Below, one piece after another: positions 52,752 to 63,456 of a stretch of DNA of 64,000 nucleotides (within the stretch, counting starts at the first letter, position 1; each line of letters opens with the position of its first letter). The position numbers and the translations under genes are program-made. The notes beneath the pieces are model-generated. The model was not told where the DNA came from, made no database searches, and saw only the letters and a list, made by a program, of their open reading frames with translations. The stretch is taken from positions 496,001 through 560,000 of the forward strand of contig AP039694.1 in assembly GCA_051599415.1 (NCBI GenBank), written 5' to 3'. Source of the stretch: Savitreella phatthalungensis (Eukaryota).

Positions 52752-54674
52752 ACTTGGAAGGAGGAAATGCTAACGAAGCCCAAGGACTAGAAAGCTAGAC
52801 AGATCTGCGAGTGGACCGGTTATATCGCTGATGAAAGGTCGACAACGAAGCGGTGTCGGACGCTTACAAACGCGGTAACTCCGTCAGATGATGGACTGGA
52901 GACAAGAAGACTTTAGAAAATATATGAGAATCCTGACGAACTGGCTACACACTCTTCTCTGCGGACGAACACGGAGCACGTATGGATGGGATGTCTGGGA
53001 GTAGGAGTATGAGTGCCTCCGTGTGGAAGTAGCCTGGTTGTGTCAGGAGTGGTAACCCTGGCTACCACACGACAGCTACGGTAAGCTAGAAGTTCGAAAG
53101 CAGAAGAGGAAAAGGGAATTCCGGGATAGACGTCATATGCATGTACTGCACTGCATGTTGATGGATCAATCAATTAAAATTCCAATACACTTGCTTGAGC
53201 ACCTGCATGCACATGAGGTGAATTCTGCTTCGTGTCGATAGATGTCGACAATGGGAAACGATACAACAGGGTGGATGGATCTTACGTACGTGGTAATGGA
53301 CGATCAAGCAAGGGTGTTCAGGTCAGTCCGGTCACGGTATCAAAAGTTTATCAAGGAGAATAGAATCGGGCTCACACAGTCGAAGTCGATCTGATTTCCT
53401 TGAACGGTGTGGAATCCGTCTATCCACTTATCCACTACCGATTCTTGTTTTCTACCTGAGATATGGAAGCATGACCTTCCTTTCTTTCCGGAGCCCTATC
53501 TCATTTGCGTTGACGTTGCACGTATGAGACGGATGAACCTTCGGGTGGCTGACTGAGTATATGCGCCGATGCCGCACTGGATTCCTGACTCTCCGGTCTT
53601 CATATAGTCGATTGGGGACTATTTTTGTCTCCGAACTGCTTTAGGATTACAGTGCTCCTAAGCTTGTGCTATTTGCAATGTACACTAGCCTGAATATTTT
53701 CTTAGGTTTACCTGCTGCAAAGTAAAAGAGGCCGAGCATCTCTTCTGCTTCCCGTTCCCGCTCGTTCTCTCATGGAAGCCTGGTAACCAAAATTCAGACT
53801 TGACATACATGCACGCATGTCATCGGCTAAGCTGTAAACTCTTCATGACGTGCTGGACATTCACTCGGCCAATTGGACAGATCCCTTCCACGGCATTGCC
53901 AATAGCACAGTGCATCAGAGCCTATGACAGACAGCTTTCGTGAATCCGTAAAGTATGTGACTCCCGCATCGGCATTGTGTCAAGTAAGAGCATGTGCACC
54001 ACATGTCGATATTTTCATTGTCGCCTCATCGGCCTTGCACGCTCGCCGTGTTGTCCGTGCAAGATTTACAGTCCACTCCGAGAGTCCGATGAGGATGAAC
54101 TGGCGTGGGAGCGCATGACGAAGCGCACCAATTTTACCCACACATTTGCACGCAGATGCTCCACCTGACTGATACAGCACCGAGCGGCGTACCAGCGGGT
54201 TTGCGCGCAGTATGATACGTCATACGTGTGATTTTGGAATCCGGCAATGTCAAACAGTACAACACTGCCTGCAACAATCTCTAGCTACTCGATGAGAGCT
54301 TTCGGCAGTGAACCGACGGAGGAATCGAACTTAATGAAAGCCATTCCATTTCGCTGCCAGATCTACGGAATATGATGAAAAATCCTCCGAGATGCGTTCA
54401 TCATTCATGCTGGATAATGAAATGAAATTCCCCGGTCTCAAAAAGAAACTCGCCGAAGTGATCTCAGCTACGTAAAAATTGTCAGTTACTATTTGGAAAA
54501 CCATGCATCAATACAACCTCTCCGATCAGACTCCCAGGAATGAGCAAGAGAATCTCGAGAAAGGGCACCTCGAATACGATTGCTAATGTCTCGTCCTTGG
54601 AGGAGAGTGCTCAAAAAGAGGGTCCGTGCGCGCCTGCTAATCGACGTATTCTGATACAGAATCGCATTGTTAGC

Positions 54675-57600
54675 CTAGGGCGACGGTGGAGCGTAGGCAG
54701 GGGTCTGACCGCCGAGAGCCGGTGCTTGAGCCCTCCTGCTCGGATGGATATCGCCTTCCCAGTCGTCAGTACCATTGGATGCTTGCGTTTGTCCTGGTGG
54801 TCTGTGAGCCGGAGTCCGCGCACCGTAGTTGTCAGTCGGTGCGTATGCATCCGTGTTCGGGCCTCCCCTGCCGCCGCCACCATATGCTGACTGCCCCGCG
54901 TCATACGATGCTCCATACCCGCCGCCGCCGCCGCCGCCGCTGTTGTACGCCGGTGTTCGACCGCCAGCGTTGTAGGCAGGTGTTCGTCCACCTCCTGCAT
55001 TATAAGCCGGTGTTCTACCACCAGCATTATACCAGGTAGGAGTCTTCGATCCAGCATTCCAGGCAGGTGTAGCACTGCCCGCTCCATTCCAAGCGGGTGT
55101 CGCACTGCCCATGCCAGCACCGTTCCACGCGGGTGTTTGAGCGCCGCCGCCCCATGCAGGAGTCTTCGCACCACCGGAAGCGCCCCATCCAGGGGTTCGG
55201 GAGCCTGAAGCTCCCCACGCCGGAGTGCGAGCACCGGAGGCTCCCCAGGCGGGCGTACGAGCGCCGCTGTACGTGCCAGCTGCCGGAGTCGCGCCGCCAC
55301 CGGCAGACGTACCGGCTGCGCGAGCCCAGGCGGGACGCGCGGCATCGTTGATCCGAGGCATCGGCGCGGCACCGCCGCTCGAGGACGAGGATGAGAAAGA
55401 TGCACCACCCGAGCGCTGTGCAACGAACTCTGCATATCGCATCATTGCGCCACCACCCTGCCGACGGAAACCGAGTTTGTCCTTCGGCACGTTGATGGTC
55501 TTCGTGCCAGACTGCAGCTCGAGCTTGACATGTGTATCCGTGGACGACTTGATCAGGCCAGCGATGCCCTTGTGCGGACCGGAAATGACACTTGCCGTAA
55601 CGCCGATAGCCCGATCCCGACCAACGGTCTTGGGCGCGGCTGCAGGGGCCGCCATGGCTGGAGCACTGCCAAGAGCCGGATTCATCTTGCTGAAGTTGAT
55701 ACCCCGAGCACCAGCCAATGAGTTCAGATTCTCGATCTGATTCGGCCGCAACACGAATATACCGTTGTCCTTGACGAGAGCCAAATCGCGAGCAAACACC
55801 TTGCCGAGATGAATCTGGATAACTGTGCCTTTCCGGTTCTCGCCATCTGTTTCACGAATCTTGTCTCCGACGCGGACCTCATTGCCATTCCGATCAGTCG
55901 TCGCTGCAACGCGGCCTCGAGGCTGACTGAGCTTCATGCTGATTGCATCACTATTGACAGTGCGCACCCCCGTACCGTCGCCCATCAGGACCCTGATCAG
56001 GTCGCCCTCGAGCCGGATGACACAGCCAAATTCGCTAGCGTTGAGGGCGACAAGCTCTTCGACCTCGTACTTCGCACGCACGGGCATCGCAGAATTCTCA
56101 CTCACCTCGCCTAGGTCGCGCGCGAAGACCGAGACTTCCGTGTTGGTCATGTCGCTCATGAAGGTAACGTTCCCGCGCTCCGTGGACAGGACGAGACCGG
56201 TCTCGCCTGCATGTTTGCCTGCCTGGACACGGACGTGAGACCCCACTGCGAATTGTTTCCGAAGACCGTTGACGGGCACTGAAAGGTTGCCAAGACCGTC
56301 TTCGGCAGTCTCGATGGTAGCGACATTGTTTGAAATCGATTTCACTTTTCCCACAACACCAGCCTGTTCGCCAGACGTAACCTCGACTGTGTCGCCGAGT
56401 GCAAAATTATTTGTTCTCAGGCCGTTCTGCAGCCCCGTCAAATCGAATGAGGCAGAATCAGTCGGGAAGTTTTTCAATTCGTCAATAGTGGGCTTGACAT
56501 CTTCTTGAATCAGGTGCTCCAGCTTGAAGTCCTTGATAAGATAGCCATCCTCATAACGGTCCCCGTTGAATTCGTAAATTCCATCACCGCCTCTTACGCG
56601 CTGACCGGAAGTTCGTTCAGCGTCTGTGGCGTTGAAGAATCTGGCGGGAGGGCGCTCGTTTGTTGTGATGTTTCTCTTCAATATGGCCTCACTACTCGAG
56701 TAGTCGATCCGCGGTACGATCTTCACACGAGCTTCAAGCCCATCGGGGTGGATGTCGTCGATTTGAGCGAGGTCGCCAGCATATCGCTTATTGCGCTTGC
56801 TGACGCGCACGTATGAGCCAGGAACGAGCTGCGTTCCTGACTCACGAACGCGCAGCAGCGATGCCATCTCAGAGACCTCGACAAGATGAAGTTTGGAGGC
56901 ATACAGATTGCTGACGTCCTTGACAGCTTCCTGCACATGAGACTGCTTCCAGGCCTCGACATAGATCCAGCCAACGAGGGCGTCGCGCTGGAATGCAGAA
57001 ACGATTTCCAAGGGCGTGTCCGTGTACTCGAGATCTGCCTGCTTCCTCAAAAGGTTGAAGATAATCTCTTGTTCCTTTCCGATCTTGCAGCGCATTCCCC
57101 ATATTGATGGATCTTGCACAGAGGGCAGCAGTAGACGTTGGGGCACAACAGTCGTGTCGCCGCGATATTGTGTTTGACTCTTTCCATATTGCTCTCGATA
57201 TCGGGCAGCGAGTTCCTGGGCATTCAGACTGTCGATCTCCCTTCGCTTCTGATCGAGCTCGCGGTGGCGGCGATCGTCCTCACGATTTGCGGCGCCGTCG
57301 ACGTCCTCAGGATCGTTAGCAATAAAGTCCTGATTCAACTCCTGCTCTTCCTCCTCGTCGTCCAAGTCTTCGTCGTCGTCATCGACTTCGGCCTCTGCGT
57401 CAATGAAGGCTGAAACATTGCCACGTCTATGCTTCTTTCTTCGCCGATCTGTGACTGCGTCTTCGTCTTCTTCGTCGTCTTCTTCATCCTCGTCCTCATC
57501 TTCGTCATCGTCGGCATATTTCCGCTTAGCGGGCGTGGCTTCATCGATCTCATCGTCTAGCTCATCTTCATCCTCGTCTTCCTGCGGTCGAGGTATAGCT

Positions 57601-57824
57601 CGAGGCGCGTCGTTGTCCTCATCCTCGTCCTCGTCCTCGTCCTCCTCTTCTTCCGCCTCGTCATCCTCGGCTTGAGTATCAGCAGCGAGTGACGCCGCCA
57701 GTCCCTCATCTACATCGTCCGCGCCTTGTACAGGACGAGGAATATCGACTTCGTCCACTGTCTCCTCCTTCTTCGGAAGCACTGGGGTAGAGGAAGAACC
57801 CGCCGTTGAGTCAGACGTCGACAT
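54675..57824 (-). CDS. SPT5: Transcription elongation factor Spt5
   Basis: Acidic N-terminus, LLLPSVQDPSIW, NGN domain (GWIYVEA), YAGDLAQ, KOW motifs and C-terminal TPAW/TPAY repeats. Confidence 0.97.
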   Translation of the reverse strand: MSTSDSTAGSSSTPVLPKKEETVDEVDIPRPVQGADDVDEGLAASLAADTQAEDDEAEEEEDEDEDEDEDNDAPRAIPRPQEDEDEDELDDEIDEATPAKRKYADDDEDEDEDEEDDEEDEDAVTDRRRKKHRRGNVSAFIDAEAEVDDDDEDLDDEEEEQELNQDFIANDPEDVDGAANREDDRRHRELDQKRREIDSLNAQELAARYREQYGKSQTQYRGDTTVVPQRLLLPSVQDPSIWGMRCKIGKEQEIIFNLLRKQADLEYTDTPLEIVSAFQRDALVGWIYVEAWKQSHVQEAVKDVSNLYASKLHLVEVSEMASLLRVRESGTQLVPGSYVRVSKRNKRYAGDLAQIDDIHPDGLEARVKIVPRIDYSSSEAILKRNITTNERPPARFFNATDAERTSGQRVRGGDGIYEFNGDRYEDGYLIKDFKLEHLIQEDVKPTIDELKNFPTDSASFDLTGLQNGLRTNNFALGDTVEVTSGEQAGVVGKVKSISNNVATIETAEDGLGNLSVPVNGLRKQFAVGSHVRVQAGKHAGETGLVLSTERGNVTFMSDMTNTEVSVFARDLGEVSENSAMPVRAKYEVEELVALNASEFGCVIRLEGDLIRVLMGDGTGVRTVNSDAISMKLSQPRGRVAATTDRNGNEVRVGDKIRETDGENRKGTVIQIHLGKVFARDLALVKDNGIFVLRPNQIENLNSLAGARGINFSKMNPALGSAPAMAAPAAAPKTVGRDRAIGVTASVISGPHKGIAGLIKSSTDTHVKLELQSGTKTINVPKDKLGFRRQGGGAMMRYAEFVAQRSGGASFSSSSSSGGAAPMPRINDAARPAWARAAGTSAGGGATPAAGTYSGARTPAWGASGARTPAWGASGSRTPGWGASGGAKTPAWGGGAQTPAWNGAGMGSATPAWNGAGSATPAWNAGSKTPTWYNAGGRTPAYNAGGGRTPAYNAGGRTPAYNSGGGGGGGYGASYDAGQSAYGGGGRGGPNTDAYAPTDNYGARTPAHRPPGQTQASNGTDDWEGDIHPSRRAQAPALGGQTPAYAPPSP
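54940..55300 (-). repeat. Spt5 C-terminal repeat region (G[AS]xTPA[WY][GN])
   Basis: About 12 coding repeats such as GARTPAWG, GSATPAWN and GGRTPAYN, similar to the S. pombe TPAWNSGSK repeat. Confidence 0.85.
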
Positions 57825-58699
57825 CACGACAGAGGATCCTCAGAGTCGGGGTGTCAGCGCGACCGTATGCAGCAAGCTTTGTAGCACAGCGCACTCGGAA
57901 TCGAGTCACGACCTGCAGAAAGGATGCCAACAGGGACAGGCTACAAGAGCTTCGGTATTGCTTCCTGGTCGAGAGAACTCGAGCGCGTTCGTTATGTCTT
58001 TTCCCTTCTACAGTAATTCGACCTATTGTGCTGCGCGGAGTGGCTGCTGCACAGGTGGAATAGACAGACAAAACCAGAGTACAATACTGTACTATAGTAG
58101 CTATCGATCGATCATGGACGCCGATGTGCATCCATTAAATTAATTCCATTCTCTCGATCAATGCAATTATCCTGATCTAGCTCCATCGCTACACAAAGAA
58201 GAGAAAAAAGTATACTTCGATTTCAATTGAAATCCACATTTCATTTTAGCGCCTTATGTCCGTGATCGGGAATAAATGAAACTCGGGGTCGAATTTAAAT
58301 GCATCATTAATTTTGTATCTAAATGAAATAGAAGTCTGAGGAAACCTTGTCAATTTCAGGCACGTGATTTACAATCTGAATGAACAGTATATATGCAGCT
58401 GGTGGCAAGCAGGCCTGTGGACAAACTCCAGCGGGGGGAGGGCCAGGGAAAGTGGGAGTGGTGATGAGAGTATTGTGCTTCTCATGTCAGATGCTTCCTC
58501 TCCTCAATCTAGCCAATAGTCACCATGAACCTCAAAAATAGGGACCCGTCACAGCTGGCAGCCTTCTTGCCTCATCACACCTCATACGAAGAAAACCATA
58601 ACATTCCGTTGTTGTCTTGGCTACACATGTGTCATACCGTGATTCATAGACTCATCCGAGGGCCTTTTATTCTCAATTCGTCAGACTTTCTGGGTTTAT

Positions 58700-59965
58700 C
58701 TAAACTGCCAGATCAAGCAGACCTGTGTCGTACTCTTCGTCATTCTCATCCCGGTCGTCACATTGATGCTTAGAACGACCGCTTGCCGCAGCCAATGTAT
58801 TCTTTTCAATGAAGCCTTCTATTTTGGCCTGCTGCAAGGCTTTAACGAGCTTAGTCCTGCCGCTGACATGCTTGATCGGAATCATTTCCTTGCCGTCGCC
58901 ATCTGAGAACATTGTCTCATCCGGTCGGGGACAAAATATCCAGCAACGCCACCTGTCCCAAGCTTGATACGCGTACTCATCTGTGGATGATCTGGTGATT
59001 CGCTCATTCACGACAGTCCCCACTCGATCCTCAATGAAATCCCCTTTCCTCAGCATCGGTCGAATGTGATGGAGGCCACTTGAGCCCGCATCATCGTCGT
59101 CGAGAACTATAGTTGGCCAGGTTTTGCCCACGGTAGACCCTGCTTGCTGATTGGTCAATCTCGTGTCTTCGTAGTCGACGTCCGCCACCTGTAAAGCGAA
59201 CAAACGCGTGTAGAAGTCGCGAGACGCGATGTGTGGTCTGTCAAAGATATGCAGACAAGGAACGACATGATCGATATGCGGGAATCGCTTGTCACGCGGC
59301 AAAGCCTTCAATCTTTTCCGTGCCTCACGCATGACAAAGCGCGATCGCGCATTGATGTTGCCACGACTCGATTCGTAGTCAGTCGTGTGTCTCGCGACGA
59401 AGGTAAGATACTCGATGCAAGCTCTCCCTTGTGAATCTCGCAGCTCAGACATCGCATCTAGTAGCTCTCGAAACGGTAGTTGCGGCTTGCCGTGTGCTGG
59501 TGTACGGAAGTGCCAATCGTGCTGAAGGACAAACACATGGCTGGTCTTGCAGTGATCCAAGCAGGACTTGACCCCGAATGCAAAACCCGTGTGTTGGGAT
59601 TGACAAAGCAAGGTCACTCTACCATTCTGAGTATAGCTCACAGTGCAAAGACCTTTGCTATCTGGCTGCCAGGTTCCAGGTGATTCTGCTGCAAAGAGCG
59701 CTCGAACGTTCTCAACATACTGCGGATACAACTCTACCAAATCATCTGACGCTTGGCCAAGCTTCAATCTCGGTCCTTTGCCGGTTGGTCTCTTCGGAAG
59801 ACCCTCTGTCGTTCGACACTTGTCAAAGGTGATGACAAGAGGAAGATCTCTCAGCTCAGGAGGGAGTGAGACAAGCAGGTCTGAAATGAGCTCAGGCGAT
59901 GGCACAGACGGAGACACACTTGTCGTAATGATCAATGTCAAGTGCCCATCGATCTTGACCGTCAT
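58700..59965 (-). CDS. Uncharacterised protein with probable GT-A glycosyltransferase-like fold
   Basis: LTLIITTS..PS.PS.ELI, LVITFD, GFAFGVKSCLDHCKTSHVFVLQHDWHF follow the GT2-like pattern, with QHD at the DxD position. Confidence 0.55.
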   Translation of the reverse strand: MTVKIDGHLTLIITTSVSPSVPSPELISDLLVSLPPELRDLPLVITFDKCRTTEGLPKRPTGKGPRLKLGQASDDLVELYPQYVENVRALFAAESPGTWQPDSKGLCTVSYTQNGRVTLLCQSQHTGFAFGVKSCLDHCKTSHVFVLQHDWHFRTPAHGKPQLPFRELLDAMSELRDSQGRACIEYLTFVARHTTDYESSRGNINARSRFVMREARKRLKALPRDKRFPHIDHVVPCLHIFDRPHIASRDFYTRLFALQVADVDYEDTRLTNQQAGSTVGKTWPTIVLDDDDAGSSGLHHIRPMLRKGDFIEDRVGTVVNERITRSSTDEYAYQAWDRWRCWIFCPRPDETMFSDGDGKEMIPIKHVSGRTKLVKALQQAKIEGFIEKNTLAAASGRSKHQCDDRDENDEEYDTGLLDLAV

Positions 59966-60219
59966 CCTGACAGGGGTTTATGCCGTCTCATCCTTGGTGC
60001 AGAGCCCTGGACCAGGCATAGCGCCCGGCATGTAGACCTGACTTGGTGAGCAGCAGGCCGGACGGAGGTTTTGCATGCAATGTCTAATGATGTTCACCAC
60101 TTAACTTCCCAATCTGGAAGTACCTCAACCATGAACTTTTGCACAGTACCGGAATAAGCTGATGAATTCTACAAGCACAAGAAGTGTTGCAAGAAGGATA
60201 ACAGTCCTGACAGTTCAGC

Positions 60220-60657
60220 ATGTCGTCAGCTGTGACATCAACGACGGCGACAGCATCCTATCGACATCTTTTGAGGGCTATCCACGTTGCATTTCGTGGA
60301 GATGCTCCTCTACTGACGCGAGCTCGCATGGATTCTCGTACGGCTTACGAGGATGCACGAGCGATCGAGGACCCTCAGCAGGCGGACGCCAAAGTCCGGC
60401 ATGCGGAAGAAGTTGCACAGGTACTGCGGACACAAATTGTTCAGGGACGACGTAGAGATCAGACATCTGAGGGTATGACGACTGTCGCTGAGGACGAGCA
60501 GACCGTCGACCACGCGTCTAATGGCAAAATCTATGAACTACGTATCCACAAGGATATCGAGCTTGGCGACAACGAGACCATCAGGAAGAACAAGAGGGAT
60601 CCATCGTCAGCGGCGTCTTCTTCCGGCGGCTGTTGCGGAGGTGCGGCCAAGCCATAG
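60220..60657 (+). CDS. MZM1: Mitochondrial LYR protein Mzm1/LYRM7 (Rieske protein chaperone)
   Basis: SYRHLLRAIHVAFRGD, AEEVAQVLRTQIVQG, YELRIHKDIELGDNETI, GGCCGG tail. Confidence 0.92.
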   Translation: MSSAVTSTTATASYRHLLRAIHVAFRGDAPLLTRARMDSRTAYEDARAIEDPQQADAKVRHAEEVAQVLRTQIVQGRRRDQTSEGMTTVAEDEQTVDHASNGKIYELRIHKDIELGDNETIRKNKRDPSSAASSSGGCCGGAAKP

Positions 60658-60772
60658 CTCTTGCGTATTGGTTGAGCGTTTGTAAAGATTGTACGGTTCT
60701 TGGCATAGATGATTATTACGACTACGACCGGTCGATGGTGACGACGTCTGCAGAGACAATGGCTATCGCCAG

Positions 60773-61399
60773 CTACTGTGTCAGATTGACGCCTTCTTGC
60801 GCCAACTTGGCCTTCAGGGCATCGGTAGTGTCATGCAAGCCACCCTTGCCTGCAACGCTGCCGCCCTGCTCCTTCTCCATCAGGAGACCGGACTTGACAC
60901 CGTGTGCAACGCCACGCTCGCCGGTCAGACCGTGCGCGCCAGCATCCTTTTCGTCGTTGACGTACTCGCCGACCTTCTCCTTGGTCTGGTTAACGGCGTC
61001 CTTTGCTTGAGCGTGCGCCTGGTTGGCGTTGTCAGGCAGCTTGGACTTGAGGTCATCGGCAGTGCTTTGAGAAGCTCCGAGTCCCTTGTAGTCTCCCGAG
61101 CCTGAACCCAGCTTCGGAGCCTGTGAATCGCGCTCAACAATACCGGCAGAGGAGCCACTGGTACCTGCAGCACCAGCGAGAGCCCCGCCGGACGGAGTGG
61201 AGGATGTTGCGACAGTGCCAGAAGACGGAGCTGTTGATGAACCATGAATCTGGTTGCCATTGCCGGATGTCAGGGCATCCTCGTGTTTGCCGGCAAATAG
61301 GCGTTCGGCAGCTCCATGAATGCCTGCTGAAGCGGCAGATGTGACACCAGAATCGCCGGGTGCAGATGAAAGAGGTTGACCGATTCCTGACTGCGACAT
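60773..61399 (-). CDS. Gly/Ser/Ala-rich hydrophilin/LEA-like protein
   Basis: 208 aa, highly hydrophilic, no Cys or Trp, with AKDAVNQTKEKVGEYV (LEA-like). Confidence 0.6.
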   Translation of the reverse strand: MSQSGIGQPLSSAPGDSGVTSAASAGIHGAAERLFAGKHEDALTSGNGNQIHGSSTAPSSGTVATSSTPSGGALAGAAGTSGSSAGIVERDSQAPKLGSGSGDYKGLGASQSTADDLKSKLPDNANQAHAQAKDAVNQTKEKVGEYVNDEKDAGAHGLTGERGVAHGVKSGLLMEKEQGGSVAGKGGLHDTTDALKAKLAQEGVNLTQ

Positions 61400-61742
61400 G
61401 ATGAGAAGATTAAGGGCTTACTACTATGTGTTCAAGGAGATGAGTGTCTTGGTAGAGTCGATGATCTGGTATGAGAGATTAATGAACTTGTTTGCCTGTC
61501 GGCATTCACCATCCCAGCGTCACATCCAGAAATAATTCGCGTGACGTCAATTCTTTGATCGTTTGAATCTGGGCTCGGTAAAGATGACTACTTTCTGATC
61601 AAGCAACCTTATCAGCAATCGCGGGGTTCACAACATGGCTTGGTCAGGCCTCAGATACAGGCTACATTACGAGGAGTCAAATCCAAGATTCTGTCGAGTA
61701 CGCCAAAATGATGATGATACCTATCTGTAGCTTGACTCATCC

Positions 61743-62372
61743 CTAGTTGACAGGTGTCTCGAGCTTCTCATCCTCGCCGTGGCCAACGTGTGCCTTCTGG
61801 GAGATTTGCTGTGCCTTCAGGCCAGCTCCTGGTGCGGCAGCATCGAATTTGCCGTCTCCGAAGGTTCCGTCACCCTTGGCGTTGGCCTCCTCGGGCGTGA
61901 TCTTCTTCTCAGCTCCGTCCTTGGGCTCTTCGAGAGGCTGACCGGCACCTTGAGCATCTTTCTCGCCGCGACGAGTAGAAGAGTCGGCTAAGCCTGCGGA
62001 AACTGAGCCAATACCTCCGGGTCCTCCCTGCGATCCAGTTTCTACAACAGGTTAGTGAAAAGTGCGATGATCAGCACGAGCTTGTAGCCATACGATTGGA
62101 GTGCTCATTGCTGAGAGAGGTCGGTCCGCCGGTACCGACTTCCTTGTTGCCCGGGGCTGGGACATCTGAGCCAATGTGTGCAGCCGAGCCAGGCGCATCC
62201 TTTGCATCGGTAAGGTGATTGGTCGGATGGCGACCACTGTAGCGTATTAGTCGATGTCATGCAGAACCTATCGAAAAGATCAAAAGACTTACTCTGGTCC
62301 AGCGGCCTGCGCACGAGATGTGTCTGCGTGTGGTGCAGGAGCTCCCTGATCGATGTTGTGAGCGTGCGACAT
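61743..62372 (-). CDS. Three-exon hydrophilin-like protein (173 aa); exons 62372-62293, 62236-62094, 62041-61743
   Basis: Manual assembly. Intron 62292-62237 is GTAAGT..CTAAT..CAG and intron 62093-62042 is GTATGG..CTAAC..TAG; the phases match. Product MSHAHNIDQGAPAPHADTSRAQAAGPDGRHPTNHLTDAKDAPGS...GDGKFDAAAPGAGLKAQQISQKAHVGHGEDEKLETPVN*. TATA-like motif near 62430. Confidence 0.8.
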
Positions 62373-63456
62373 GATGATATCGTTGTCGAGTATGTCTTAT
62401 GATCTGGTTCGAGTGACAGGCTGGCTCTATATACTTCGAGTGTCTGCAAGGAGACTCCGAGTACCGTCTGCACCGAGGCCAGTTGGCTATTGCGTGTCAC
62501 CGTCGGGTACGTCTGAATCCCAGCAAGGGAAGGGAACGACTGGTTGTGATCATGCGTATCGAAAGCCGTGGCTGAAGTGACGTCTAGCGTAGACACATGG
62601 ACCGATATCTGCACTGGGTTTTGAGCTATCAGATTCTGGCCAGTGTGGGATTCCAGTTGCCCAGATTCTGGCTCGGGTATAATGAATACTGCAACTACCA
62701 CTAGCGCCAGCACTGCTCACTGTGCAGCATTTGCCTCTTTTTTCACTCATCATGCAGCCAGAATGCACCACCTGCAAAGTAGAGGACTACCCACCACCAG
62801 TGAAAAGCTAGAAGTGATAAACTAGAAGACAAAGATCCTCCAATTACAGTCTACTTCCTTTCATTCGATGAGAGCTACCTGACTATCCAAAGCATGATGA
62901 CACACGAAATCTCGTTGTCCAAGAGAGCATAGATAGGGATTGGCATCCTCTGTGGGGCCCGGAAGAGGAGGCTTCACTGCTGTCCTCTATCATCGGCTCT
63001 TCTTGCCGGTGCATCATCTGATCTGGTTGGGATGAGTTTCAAATAGCCACGACTAAACGATTTCTGACGTCATTTGAGAATCGAACAATTCATCGCTGGA
63101 ATTAGACCATGCACTCGATCACTATTCGTGCGGAGTATGATACCACCACCTCTATAGCAATTCAGACAGGGCGATCAGCAAGCAGGACGCCTCATGTGCA
63201 GAGGTAGTCTGTGAACGAGCACGTGATGATGTGTTGAAGGACAGACAATATATGGTTGATAAGCACAAGTCCGGAGGACCGTGACAATGCCACTGCAATT
63301 GGCGAGCATTCATGTCGCTTGCATGATTGACAAGAAACTATACGCGGGCTGAAGTCTTTCTGATAGTGTGGGTCAATAGTGATGTCTAGTAATGATGACT
63401 TTTTTTCTAGACGGTCGTGACTACGCATATGATCGCGATACATGCGGGACCTGAGC

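Noticed and set aside
54611..55435. 274-aa alternative-frame ORF overlapping the SPT5 3' end
   Set aside because: Shadow ORF from the GC-rich repeat region with no recognisable domain.
5793..60657. Several iron/heme/respiration genes (RNR2, siderophore transporter, HEM4, DPH2, SDH5, MZM1) in one window
   Set aside because: They are dispersed among unrelated housekeeping genes and do not form a cluster.
62105..62713. 202-aa ORF-track prediction
   Set aside because: No ATG start, and it overlaps a better-supported spliced gene in another frame.
62894..63021. ATGATGA ... CTGA pair suggesting a C/D snoRNA
   Set aside because: No recognisable guide or terminal stem; such short motifs arise by chance.
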